The notes: generated by a model from the sequence alone, not told the origin. A stretch of 18,367 nt of DNA from Ginkgo biloba (GCA_024626585.2 JANKJI020000002.1:198361417-198379783), one strand, 5' to 3'. Shown: positions 1 through 11,848, counted from the stretch's first letter. Made by a program: numbers and translations.

Positions 1-960
1 CCCTTATGTGGGGAATTATGTCTAGCATTTTTGGCATTTATAAGGATTGCTTTGGGCTTAGGCAATCATTAGATCTTCATTTTATTGCTCTCAATAGGGC
101 ATCTTCATCCTCTCTCTCTATTTTTCCATTCTGGCTAAATAAACTTAACCTAAGAAATTGCTTTTTTTAATTGCTAATGTTTCTCTACAATGTGGAGGCG
201 AAACATCCTTGTTATAACGACCTTCCAACGCATGCTTTTGTAAGGAAAGTGCTTAGATCTCTTCTTTGCAGCAAGGCGACCTCATTAGATGTGATTGTAC
301 AAAGTTTGGTTACATATTAGAGCATTGGGAACCCTTAGAAAAAGTTGTAGGCCCTATGTCATCCCAACGACTAGTTTCTCTAAAGGTTTGCCTTCCACAA
401 CAAGTGTTTCACTCTTAATTGTAGAAGTGAGATGTTTTTGATCCAATAGGTATTTGGAGGTCTAGATAAGTCTTCTCATCTAGGGAAGTCCATGATTTTG
501 TAAGTGTTGTTTAAAACCCTAACTTTGCCATAATTTTTTGGTTACCATAAAGTAATATTTTTTTTGTAGTTTTCAAAACAAAATGCTATTTTTGGTCTTT
601 ACATCTTTATATGATGGAGCTAAACCTGAATTTTTGGGATTTAGACTCCTTCGAGTAAGACATTCTTAATTAGATTGCTAATTTGTTGTGTTTATGGATA
701 ATTATGGTGCAATAATGATTAATTAATGAAGTATGAATTCTCTCATGCATTTTTTGAATGTTGCCTATCTATACTACAAAAACCCTGGCGACTTTATCTA
801 GGGTAATGGAGACTTAAACCGTAAATGTTTTGGGGAGATCTTGAGCCTTGAGCAAAGGTGCCTCATAATGAGGATTGCTATTTTCCTTTGCATTCACCAA
901 TTTAGTGTATTGACAGTTGGTATTTGGAGAGCTTATCTAGATGGGATGTACATGCAATTT

Positions 961-1110
961 CTATTGGTTTGCAATATATTGGTGTAGCGGTAAGGTCTAT
1001 GCCTATTGGTGTCATCATGGATTGAATGGCTATTGGTGTAGCCATGACCTATGCTCTATAGGTGCAACCATAGTGTTTTTAGATTAGGGTCTATTGGTGT
1101 AGCCCTAGTG
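961..1110. repeat. Degenerate minisatellite, core CTATTGGTGTAGCC, about 6 copies
   Basis: Core variants start at about 961, 977, 1003, 1030, 1056 and 1091 (ctattggtttgc, tattggtgtagc, ctattggtgtcatc, ctattggtgtagcc, ctataggtgcaacc, ctattggtgtagcc), spaced 16-35 bp apart. Confidence 0.75.
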
Positions 1111-2120
1111 TTTCAGTGTCGAAAATCATTAACTATCAGTAGGGGATGGATACACTAGCTTTCACGGGTTTATCCTAATGCCAAAGAAAGGTCAAAATGA
1201 TCTATGCCTAGGATCCTTGATAATGCGAGGTTGTTCAGTGGAGTCTAGAGGATCTGTAATTGATACTAGGTAGTGACAGTTGCATTTATGCACTAAAGGT
1301 TTGGTTGCCCGCATAAAAGAGCCCTTAGGCAGTCCCCACGACCAACAATAGGTGGTTATGTTCCTTAAAGCAGTACTTACAATCCCTATCCTGCTAACAT
1401 GCCTACTAGACTAATAGCTGATATAAATAAATATTTTTGTCTATTAACTATGTACTATTACTGCATGCGAAAAGCATGCGCATTAAGTATGATAGTTTTT
1501 CTTTTTAATTGTATGATTAAAGTCGCCTCGCTTAGTTTTGCATTTATGAATACTAATGCATGTTCTTTAAGGCTTGTTTCTGCAAGAGTAGAAGAGCGAG
1601 CTATTACAAATAGTGCGTAAGGCGGCGATAGTGCAAAGGATCGTGATAAAGGGGCAAATTTGCACATGATTGTCATGTTGTCGAACACTAGAAGATAGCA
1701 AAAGTCAACAAACTAACAAATGGATGCAAAAAGATCAATCAACCAGATTGACTCCGACAAGATCAATGGTGTGGATTAAAGCACAAAACAATGCATCTTT
1801 ATCAAATGACAAAAGCCTGCGAAATGGCAGAAGGTAGCAATGAGTGAAACAACACAAGGTCATGCATCCTTGTAAGACTAGAAGAGATTGGCAAGAATGC
1901 GAAAATGTTGTGACAGAGCAACTTCATGCCTCTAGCATGCCATCTCAGCCACCACCTTAGCTCATCTACCACATGGCAAACCTCCACGTCATACAACTTA
2001 GACCAAGAAGTTGAAACAAACAGCTGTGTAACTACCTTGACAATCACCGCTAGAAAGATTATAAAAGCTCCCAAGAGCTTAAAAGCAAGGGTTCTTTGAA
2101 TTACTCCTTCAATTCTTTTG

Positions 2121-2213
2121 TACTAAGCAATAAGCTTACAATTTTAGTTATTTTGTACCAAGCAATAAGCTTGCGATTTTATTTCTTCTTTACTAAGCAA
2201 TAAGCTTGCAATT
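2121..2213. repeat. Three-copy tandem repeat, 35-bp period, core TACTAAGCAATAAGCTTGCAATT
   Basis: Copies start at 2121 (tactaagcaataagcttacaatt), 2156 (taccaagcaataagcttgcgatt) and 2191 (tactaagcaataagcttgcaatt). Confidence 0.9.
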
Positions 2214-2935
2214 CCATTTGAAAAATTTATGATGATCCTTGTGTGAGGCAGCATTTCTGTGCACTTTGATTGTCAATCCTGTTTTAAGGGATATAAAGCT
2301 CTACATATCATGGACTTTGATTCCATTGATTCAGCTTGTTGTAAANNNNNNNNNNNNNNNNNNNNNNNNNNNNNNNNNNNNNNNNNNNNNNNNNNNNNNN
2401 NNNNNTTGTGAATGTGATTTTTGTTCAATTTACTTTGCTTCTGCTATACATATTCTAGGTTCTAGATCACCACAATTGAGCCCAATCTCGGTACTAGTGA
2501 ATGAAGTATAATAATAATGCAATCAAATACCGTAGTGGACTAGATAGTGTATGCCAACCACTTGAACTATAAAAGTGTAGTCTAAAAACAAGGAACATCG
2601 CTTTGACAACAATACTTTTGTTTCAAAATAAATTGATCTTCATAAATAATTTTGGNNNNNNNNNNNNNNNNNNNNNNNNNNNNNNNNNNNNNNNNNNNNN
2701 NNNNNNNNNNNNNNNNNNNNNNNTAGGACATGTAATATAGATGATCCAGTTCAAATCACATAAAACCCATCCAGATAAGAAAAATTGAACTCCTGCTGCA
2801 TGGTCTTTCCAAGAAAATTAATAAGCACAAGAACAACCACTATCAAAAATGTCAATAATAAACTTCCAATGTCAAATCATCCATTTTGCTTAAAATATCC
2901 AAGAATCAAAAGACAATAGACTCTTGATTAAAACC

Positions 2936-3264
2936 TGTTGGAAATTAATGTTAATTAGTTATGTTAGTCCCATTAAGTTAGTAGTCACTTAATGTTAGGT
3001 TAGTGGTCACATGGTGAAGGGGTCAAGGGAAGTTAGAATATTAAAATAATGTCAATTAGTGTGAATATGTGTCANNNNNNNNNNNNNNNNNNNNNNNNNN
3101 NNNNNNNNNNNNNNNNNNNNNNNNNNNNNNNNNNNNNNNNNNNNNNNNNNNNNNNNNNNNNNNNNNNNNNNNNNGTGATGTTTCTTCTTGTTGTTCTTCC
3201 ACTGTTTATTGTTGGTTTGCCGACATCTGCTGTTATTTTTCCTGGTCAATTCTAAATGTCAACA
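2936..3264 (+). mobile_element. Possible short Copia-like LTR or solo LTR (spans a 100-N gap)
   Basis: Starts TGTTGGAAATTA (2936), ends TAAATGTCAACA (3264), an imperfect TGTTG...CAACA terminal inverted repeat, with GTTAG-rich 5' sequence. The flanks (aaacc / gtcat) do not form a TSD. Confidence 0.3.
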
Positions 3265-3539
3265 GTCATCTGCCTCCAGTACTTGCTATCGATGGTTCTT
3301 CCTGTCTTGGAGCAAATTCACAATAAGCAGTGCTTGGAACAAGAGGCGAAGGCCTCAAAGAGTGGAGGAATTTTCATCACAAGATGAAGTTGAGACTGCA
3401 GTTTCTGAGATGGGTGGGGTGGAGTTGGAAGGGAGTGAATGTAGTGATGAGCAAATGAAAACGCCTCACCAATAAGAAGATGGAGAAGTTTTTCTTGTGG
3501 TTATTAACACAAGATTCTTTATTGATCAAGTTTGTGAAG

Positions 3540-4030
3540 ATGAGGTGGGAAAGAGTGAAGGCTAAGATGAAAAGCGGAGAGAACCTGGAAAACATAAAGC
3601 CCTCTGGTCGAAAAGGTGGCTATTTGAGTCCAAGCAAGAGATGGAGTCACACATGCAACGTAGTCAAGCATGGTCATTATGTGTATGTTTTTGGAGGATA
3701 GAGGAAGGATAATCGTGAAACAAATGGCATTCACGTTTTATATTCCATCAAGCAAACCTAGATCAAACCAATGTTGAAAGGAAACCCCCCTAGCCTGAGG
3801 GATAGCCATAGTTGTACGACTATTGGAATATGCATGTTTGTTTTTAGGGGCATTGATGGGAAGAACTCTCTCAAGGACCTACACATACTTGACACAACTA
3901 CAAACTCATGGATAGAACTTGAAGTACATGGGGAAGGACCAGCAACTCAAGAGGGTCACAGTGTTGCACTTATTGGTCAATGTCTTTTTGTCTTTGGAGG
4001 ATGTGGAAAAACTGAGGATGCAGAGGAGAA
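3540..4030 (+). pseudogene. Processed pseudogene (5' part) of a Kelch/galactose-oxidase-repeat protein, At1g18610/At1g74150-like
   Basis: One frame from ATG 3540 reads MRWERV...PSKRWSHTCNVVKHGHYVYVFGG*RKDNRETNGIHVLYSIKQT*IKPMLKGNPPSLRDSHSCTTIGICMFVFRGIDGKNSLKDLHILDTTTNSWIELEVHGEGPATQEGHSVALIGQCLFVFGGCGKTEDAEE. This matches the family signatures MRWERV, PGKRWGHTCN, PRDSHSCTTVG and GPEAREGHSA. In-frame TAG stops at 3699-3701 and 3759-3761, no introns, and similarity stops at about 4030. Confidence 0.9.
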
Positions 4031-4031
4031 A

Positions 4032-4668
4032 TGGCCTCTCGTAGATGAACGAAGAACGCCACCGTCAAACGCCATTATAGAGAGGAGCAACGAATGTACA
4101 GAAGACGCCTACACTGTAGTCGAAGAACCGAGCCAGGTTGCAGGGAACGATGCCAGGGGACAAATGCAAAGAGAGCGGGTGGCCAGATGGAGCGGACCTG
4201 GAGGTCAACTCCGTGGAGAAAGCATGCAACAACAGGTATTTGAATGAATCAAATATATGTTGTATTGAATTGATATTGAAAGATATGTTATACAACGAAT
4301 ATACAGGGATATATATAGACTACTTTTCCTAGGGTGNNNNNNNNNNNNNNNNNNNNNNNNNNNNNNNNNNNNNNNNNNNNNNNNNNNNNNNNNNNNNNNN
4401 NNNNNNNNNNNNNNNNNNNNNNNNNNNNNNNNNNNNTCATTATGAACAAACAAACGAACACTGTCTTCGATTGTAAACAGTAACTGCCATTGCGAATGAG
4501 CAAACGAACATTGTCTTTTGCTACGAGTGACTAAGGTTTTCTCTTATAAACAATTGTTGTCATTGTGAATGATTACTTGCTAAAATCTCCAGCTAACATC
4601 TCACCGGACGCAAAATTGGAACGTCTTGTCTAACAAAAAAATTCAAAACTCAACCTGTTGCCCCCTTT
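4032..4668 (-). mobile_element. Probable LTR (about 4032-4655) plus PPT (4656-4668) of a minus-strand LTR retrotransposon that interrupts the Kelch retrocopy
   Basis: Minus strand shows AAAGGGGGCAACA (PPT-like), an internal TATATATA followed by AT-rich sequence (about 4318-4250), and a terminal CA at 4033-4032, exactly where Kelch similarity ends. Short internal direct repeat caaacgaaca(c/t)tgtctt at 4451 and 4501. The 5' LTR end is not a clean TG. Confidence 0.4.
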
Positions 4669-4689
4669 GAAAATTTTCAAGTGTGCTTC

Positions 4690-5800
4690 TTTGGAACAAT
4701 TTTTTTAAATTTTGGAACTGCAATATGATTTTTTGTGAGAATTTCTTCCAAGATTTGTACTTTTTGTTCTATGTATTCCAATCGTCACCCAAATCCTATG
4801 CCTGCTTTCGCCCTTTGTCAATTTGTTTTCCTTGCATCCAACATCTTGTTGATAGCCTCAATGGCACATAATTAAAGATCAAATATTTCTTTTCATTCCC
4901 AATCACATTTTAGGATCCAAGCTCCTAATTTGGGGATGATAGCTTCCAACCTGATGGAATGTCCCTTTTGAAACTAGTCATGAACCTTTGGTATGTATCA
5001 TCATCCATTGGAACATTTGCCACCCAAACGTTGCAAAAATATTCAATAAATTTGATTTTTTGCTGAGCCGAGTGCGCTTGTACTTGAGCTTCTGTTGTTT
5101 CTTGCTGGATGCTTGATTTTTCATACCAAATGTCAAATCGAGTAGTTGTATAATATTGGTCGTAAATGTCGGTTGCTAAGCCTCATGATTGTGCAGTTCA
5201 CAGTCTTTCTTCTCCAAACCTTCCTCAAAAATCTTCATGTTGTCGCTCCAATCTTGTTTAATATGCCCATCTAGAACAAAGTCTACCCATGAAGGCCTCG
5301 AAATTATCTCTCGTGAAGAGGATAATGGTGGAACTTGAAAACCTTTATTGTACATGCGCTTTTGGGATGTAGTAGCCGTCTCTACAAGGCTTGTTCTAGG
5401 CAATGATACAGTTGGCACCTCCTCAATGACTAGTACCTTTCCTTTCCTTTTCCATGTTTCCTCTTCCAATACTTCTTGCAAAATCATTTCCTAGCCAATG
5501 GTTGGTTTTGTCTCCTCGTCAATATTTTCTATCCTTTCTTCATCCTCTTCAACATGTGTTGCCCTCCTTTCTTCTCTCAACAACAGCCAATTCAAAATCT
5601 TCTAGAATTCCCTAATCACAATCATTGTATCTTCACCTTCAATCTCCATTCTAGAAAACCATGTTATCCATCCAACTATCCGAGGTGTTGCAAGTACATT
5701 GTCTGGCTAAAAGTAGATAATGTCAAAAGCCTTTTAAGATCTAAGCTTCAAAGATGGAAGGAATCTGACAAGTCATGAAGGTTATACTTGGATGGGGGAA
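4690..5800 (-). pseudogene. Degenerate K/E-rich ORF remnant, likely retrotransposon accessory ORF just upstream of the PPT
   Basis: ORF 5487-5176 (103 aa, ILQEVLEEETWKRKGK...) continues in frame past a TAG as QPTFTTNIIQLLDLTFGMKNQASSKKTTEAQVQAHSAQQKIKFIEYFCNVWVANVPMDDDTYQRFMTSFKRDIP. No recognisable domain. Confidence 0.35.
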
Positions 5801-5804
5801 TCTT

Positions 5805-5830
5805 AGAGAGAGAGAGACACACACACACAC
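5805..5830. repeat. Compound microsatellite (AG)6(AC)7
   Basis: agagagagagag followed by acacacacacacac, read directly. Confidence 0.95.
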
Positions 5831-7030
5831 TCTTCAGTCCTGTAAAGGTGTGATAAGACCATGGAAGAATGGGTCACTTTAATTCCAACAATCTTAGCCT
5901 ACAAGGTAATCCAATACATTTGATTAACCTTCCTAAGATATTAAACCTTTAAAAATGTAAATTTGTTTAGGGCAGCTTCATTTAATTGAAAAAAGAAATG
6001 TGTCTCTTCGAATGGTCACGTCACNNNNNNNNNNNNNNNNNNNNNNNNNNNNNNNNNNNNNNNNNNNNNNNNNNNNNNNNNNNNNNNNNNNNNNNNNNNN
6101 NNNNNNNNNNNNNNNNNNNNNNNNCCACATTTTGGGTTAGTTGTTATTGTGTCAGTTTTATTTTTTTTATTTTAGCCTCTATTATGGTTCCCTCTATTGT
6201 TATAATTTTTCCTTCTATTTCATTTTAGATTTTGAATGTTACATGGATTAGTAAAAGAGGGATTCTTTTGGATAGTAACTAAGTTGGATTGGGATTCTTA
6301 TTGTTGATTAGGGTTGGAGATAGAAACATTTCCAAAAATATATTATTTGGAAGGTTCATTTGGAGGCTTTAGATTTATAGGGTAATTTTTAATGACATTT
6401 ATAACTGAATGCAAGTAATCTAGAATTCTAAAACAAAATAGAGAACAATAACCTATTTATACTCTAAAAAAAAATGCAAACCTATGATTGGAGCAAATGA
6501 AGAAACCTTTATTGTATGGATTTTCTCTCATTCGTTGTTGGTTTCTTATGGATTTCAATGCAAGAAATTATAGTAGAAATGCAGCTATAGGGGATGATTG
6601 TGGCAATGATAGGAGGGTCGAACATTGTTGTGACAAAGAACAACAGTGATAGGAGACGTTGAAAAGAAGAATGAGTGACGCTAGTTCAAAAACAAGGAAT
6701 CGGTAGTGGGTGATGGAGGATAGAGAAAGAGATGTTGGATGAATGAAAGAGATGGAATAGAGTGAAGATAAACATATGGACAAGTGAATGACTTTTCAAG
6801 ATATTAAATATATAGGTTTAAGAACCTATGTTGCATAGTAGCAGAATGACTTCAATTAGTGAAAAAAATGCTAAGTACGGTGATTTTGCTCAGCCAAATG
6901 CTGTGAAGCCCAATAGTTGCTGATGGTTACAAGCACAAGGCCTTGCTAATGATCACTAGTTATGATGCTTAGAAGCTAATAACAACATATGAAAAGAGAT
7001 GGACGACAGTGATAGCTACTACTAATATAA

Positions 7031-7125
7031 TTGATTGCAAGATAATTACTTTAATACCATTTCAATGTATACTAATTGCAAGCTAATGATAGTTATGATT
7101 GCAAGCTAATTACTTTAATATCATT
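7031..7125. repeat. Imperfect direct repeat TGATTGCAAG(A/C)TAATTACTTTAATA(C/T)CATT, 64-bp period
   Basis: Copies at 7031-7061 and 7095-7125, with a partial ATTGCAAGCTAAT copy between them (about 7075-7087). Confidence 0.7.
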
Positions 7126-10100
7126 GCATTTGTTTCTACTTACTTTCACTACTGATTCTACCCTATAATTATGTATCTGTCCATTCCTTCTCTGCTTCTT
7201 ATCAAACCATCTACATCTGTAAGACTATAAGCATTTTGCATATCCTCTTGCATTACCACAGAAGCTGTACACAGGATCACTCAGCCATTTACAGCTGTCA
7301 GCTATCTATTGTAGTTTGCAATAATCTTCCATTCCACCAATCCATTAGAAGTTTTAATCAGAATCAATTTAGCAAAAATTCATGCATTTGAAATATTAAA
7401 ATCTTTTACCTATGACTCAACGTATGGAATTATAATGTTTTCCTATTCATCAAGAATATTTCCACCCATTTATTTCCCTCAGTGGTTGCAATCCATTGCA
7501 TATCCTAGCAAGTGATTTCTCTCAGAAAACCTCCAGCAGATATNNNNNNNNNNNNNNNNNNNNNNNNNNNNNNNNNNNNNNNNNNNNNNNNNNNNNNNNN
7601 NNNNNNNNNNNNNNNNNNNNNNNNNNNNNNNNNNNNNNNNNNNNNNNNNNNNNNNNNNNNNNNNNNNNNNNNNNNNNNNNNNNNNNNNNNNNNNNNNNNN
7701 NNNNNNNNNNNNNNNNNNNNNNNNNNNNNNNNNNNNNNNNNNNNNNNNNNNNNNNNNNNNNNNNNNNNNNNNNNNNNNNNNNNNNNNNNNNNNNNNNNNN
7801 NNNNNNNNNNNNNNNNNNNNNNNNNNNNNNNNNNNNNNNNNNNNNNNNNNNNNNNNNNNNNNNNNNNNNNNNNNNNNNNNNNNNNNNNNNNNNNNNNNNN
7901 NNNNNNNNNNNNNNNNNNNNNNNNNATAATATATGGGAGTTATATGACATAGCATCCTATTAATGAAATTTTATAAAATTATAATTTTACCTTACGTTAC
8001 TGAGTTGCCATGAATTTGTATTCCATGTCCATCCATTAAATTTTATATAGATTAGAATTCATTAAACATTCTAGAATCATGTTCTCTTCACTTTTGCATC
8101 AAATATACCTCATATCACTTCATTATTTACTCAAATATATATACATCATAGCATTCTCTTTTAATATTACTTAACCCTTACTACTAAGAATCTATTGCAA
8201 AGTAAGAAATGTTAGCATACGTATTTGTAAAGTAGTAGAAATTTTGTCAATATATAGTTGGCTAAACTAAATACATATCCTACTTCAAGTATATTTTGCA
8301 TTATATATCTAAATTAGACCAACACCATGTATCATTCATGTTGATAGATCCAATGGTCAACCTTACTATAAATTAACTATATAAGTGAATTGGTCATCGT
8401 GCTACTTTAATAGTACTGAACCATTCTCAAATGGCTTCATGAATTATGAATATACTTAATCCAACACATCTTAAGTTTATGAAGCTTGGTATGAAATATA
8501 TTGTCGTACAATAATGCCTTAATCATCATTATGAAAAGTAGGAGAGAAAATATGGTAGTCTTTCCATGAAACCCCAACACTCAAAGTTACAATTCACATA
8601 CAAGGACTTAAGCACATCCTATTTACAACTACATATTGTTTGCCAAAAATACAAATTAGCTCATTTTAACAATTCAAAAGACAATTTCAGGGAAGATTAA
8701 TGCATTGCAGATCCACTTTTTAGCGTTTTGAGCATTACACTTTTGTTTTTGATAACCTAGAACATAGCTCAAACTAGTGGGATGTGGAAGCATGAAAAAA
8801 TTGTGCCCTTTGCTAAAATAGAAATACTTCCCCTATATCAAAAACAAAATGAGGCCCAAGTTCTTGTTTTGGAAGGTAGACTAAGAGACCCATCGACCAG
8901 ATATGCAGCAATCCTCAATCAGAGCTTTGTGAGTAAGTGCTGCTATGTTGAAGTGTTAGATTTAAAAAACCTACAAGAAAAGCACTGCTTGAACAAACTC
9001 AAAAGGAATATCACACACATAACCAAAGAGTAATAGAAAAGACCATATACTTTGGTTTCACTCAATTAAAACACTAAACCATGATTCAATTCATGGGGAG
9101 TCTTTCTTTCTCCTAGAGCATAAAAATAGGATTAGCCTTGCACACATATAGAAGCAANNNNNNNNNNNNNNNNNNNNNNNNNNNNNNNNNNNNNNNNNNN
9201 NNNNNNNNNNNNNNNNNNNNNNNNNNNNNNNNNNNNNNNNNNNNNNNNNNNNNNNNNNNNNNNNNNNNNNNNNNNNNNNNNNNNNNNNNNNNNNNNNNNN
9301 NNNNNNNNNNNNNNNNNNNNNNNNNNNNNNNNNNNNNNNNNNNNNNNNNNNNNNNNNNNNNNNNNNNNNNNNNNNNNNNNNNNNNNATAGAATATTATGT
9401 TCTAATATCCAATAAATCAAGAATTAGAGTTCATTGAGTTCATTGTTGATTTTAATATGCTAAGCTATGATGGAGATAAATCTGACATTGATCAAGTGGA
9501 CTTGTTGGTCCATACTAGGTCCCAAGCAGTAAAGGACAAATATAAGGTCAATCAAGACCAAGGTCCTTCCCATAGGTAGCCTCCTCATAACTAGGCTCAT
9601 CTAAACATAGTCGATCATACAAGGGGAAATCCATCTCTATGACCACCCTTTAGGGGAGATCATACCTCCAACAAATCTTCCTCTCTCATAAAGTATGATA
9701 TCTCAAAAATATTTGAAGAAATACCCCACTAGCATAAGTCTTTNNNNNNNNNNNNNNNNNNNNNNNNNNNNNNNNNNNNNNNNNNNNNNAATAAATTGAA
9801 TGTGATCGTGGATGAGATAGGTGATGATGCCACAATATTGGGCTTGAATAATCAAAGTTTCCCTTTATATTTATCCTTGAAAATGAATAATCTCATTCTC
9901 CAAAAAATGCATTGTCAATACCGATGCTACCAACAATATAATGCTATATACAATTATAAAAGTACTGGGATTGGATTGGTAACAAACATAGTTTTCAAAA
10001 GCCATGACTCTGGCCTGTTAGTTATGACTTTTTAATGTTTTTGACAGGTAGCTGTGACATTTCAATGTTTTGAAAGGTTGGAAGTTTATTTACTCCCTGT

Positions 10101-11508
10101 TATGAGCAGCAAATTTGGGTTGTCTGAAACCTTCCAGACAAAAGCAGTTGTTGGTGGTGGTGTGTGCATGCACTTTTTCTTTGCCACAGGCGGGAGGGAG
10201 GGCTGGTTGGGGGTTCAAATCCTATTTGATTAACTGAATATAGGAAACTGATCCTCAGTTCCTTTAGAGTCTTTTCAGATATAGTCAAACCCATTTTTGT
10301 CCCACTGGGTTTATATAAAACTGGTAGTTTTCAAATCCACAACAGTGGTGTTGGATGTCCACGATATGGTAAAATATTCTATGACCTACTTGTAATGACT
10401 CTTCAAACTTTTGGTGGCAGCTTTAAACCTTATCAATCAAAGAATCTTATGATAAAAATAGTAGACCCACCTTTTATCATCATATGTTAGTGCATGAAGG
10501 AAAGAAAACAAAATGTTTTGAGAGCCTTTTGAGGAATAGGTATCAACTATGCAACATCCTCTAAATTAAAATAAAAGAATCGGCTACAACTCTGCAAGTT
10601 TAGTTCTCTTGAGCACTGGAAAAGCCCACTGCCAAGCCACACCTCACAATTGATGTAATCACATCCCTTGCACAATTATACTACATAGGCCCCGTCACCA
10701 CGCAGAAAGGTACCTGAGAACGTGAAACTGGGGCCTCTAGTTTTAGTAATCTTTGGTTCTCATACATCCATTGGATTACCAAGTATCAAAGCTTGAACCA
10801 GTATGCCTTCAAATGGTGTTTTTCTTTAACAACTGAAAAGGAAGCCCAAAACGCATTCCAGTAGTTGAAAGTCATACCAGTACTCATGTCAGAGATATGT
10901 CCTAACTTACCACATTTCCTTCACAGAAAGATAGACAGGAGACTGATTTAAAAACAAAAAATAAAACAATTGAAAAAACAAACATCAAGCCATATTGAAC
11001 CAGACATTGCATTGAAAGCAGGAAAGAAGGATCAACACAAAACAGGATCAGATAAAACAAGGGCCGGAATCAACATGGTTACCATAATCATGCAGAAAGA
11101 GCAGAAAGCAATCCCCATGTGATTGTCACATGGAGACAAAAATAGCCCCAATACCAATGGCACGCTGTGCCCAGATATGTGCCATCAATCACTATAGTTC
11201 AGCTGCCCGTGGTTTCTTTTTTCATGCCATTGATAATAGCTAGCTTGCTGGAAGCAGCAATTCCAATAGCATAAAAACTTTTTTTTTTTTTTGCCCCATT
11301 CCTTGATAAGTGGTTAGCTTGAACTTCAAGCCTTTGCAGTCTTAGCCATCCCACAACACCCATTAATGTGCTTCCATTTAGACAATGGTTACTGCCAATT
11401 CACCAGCTAATGACACCAGTTTGATTCTCAGGGAGTCGCATCCCTCTAGCNNNNNNNNNNNNNNNNNNNNNNNNCCTACATATACCCCAACTTTATGGAT
11501 TTGCTTAC

Positions 11509-11627
11509 CAAACTGAGGAATTGAGGTCTTGACAGCTCTGAAGGCTCGCTCAATGCAGTTCCTCACGGCCCATGCCAGCAGCCATGTATTTGATCCACCC
11601 ACTTCCAAACTGAACACTGTATATGTC
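11509..11627 (-). other. Unidentified 119-nt exon-like segment
   Basis: Flanked on the minus strand by ...cttcAG (11629-11628) and GTAAGC (11508-11503). Only one frame is open: (R)TYTVFSLEVGGSNTWLLAWAVRNCIERAFRAVKTSIPQF(G). Not ACS-like and not recognised. Confidence 0.35.
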
Positions 11628-11848
11628 CTGAAGCCATCAAGAAATATGTACCGACTAATGAAAAACTCTGTATCAGCCCAACCTAAACTCACGTCCCATA
11701 GAGTCCATTTAAAAGGTAATTTGGGTGCAAACTCATACAGGCAATGAGNNNNNNNNNNNNNNNNNNNNNNNNNNNNNNNNNNNNNNNNNNNNNNNNNNNN
11801 NNNNNNNNNNNNNNNNNNNNNNNNNNNNNNNNNNNNNNNNNNNNNNNN

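Larger units (their letters stand above)
1..2474 (+). mobile_element. Probable 3' part of a decayed Gypsy (Tat/Ogre-like) LTR retrotransposon: long 3' non-coding region, PPT (1648-1658) and 3' LTR (about 1659-2474)
   Basis: Purine tract AAAGGGGCAAA at 1648-1658 resembles Tat/Ogre PPTs. The next about 815 bp contain TATAAAA (about 2060) and a 35-bp tandem array and end in ...CACCACA (2474). A tandem-repeat-rich region before the PPT is typical of Tat/Ogre. No pol domains were seen and the LTR start is not a clean TG, so boundaries are inferred. Confidence 0.4.

Noticed and set aside
1-550. Decayed coding-like sequence on the minus strand
   Set aside because: Multiple stops and no assignable motif; probably TE debris.
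2121-2213. CRISPR-like repeat-spacer pattern
   Set aside because: Eukaryotic context, 12-bp T-rich linkers, only three copies and no cas genes.
3771-4247. Functional 158-aa Kelch protein gene
   Set aside because: It is an internal fragment behind two in-frame stops, has degraded motifs (VFRG for VFGG, QEGH for REGH), too few blades for a propeller and a non-homologous C-terminus.
7479-7963. Long ORFs across N runs (also 3049-3326, 9091-9437, 14943-15344)
   Set aside because: Artifacts of translating through gaps. The 100-N gaps (3075-3174, 4337-4436, 6025-6124, 11749-11848, 13463-13562, 14947-15046, 16624-16723) probably have unknown true length.
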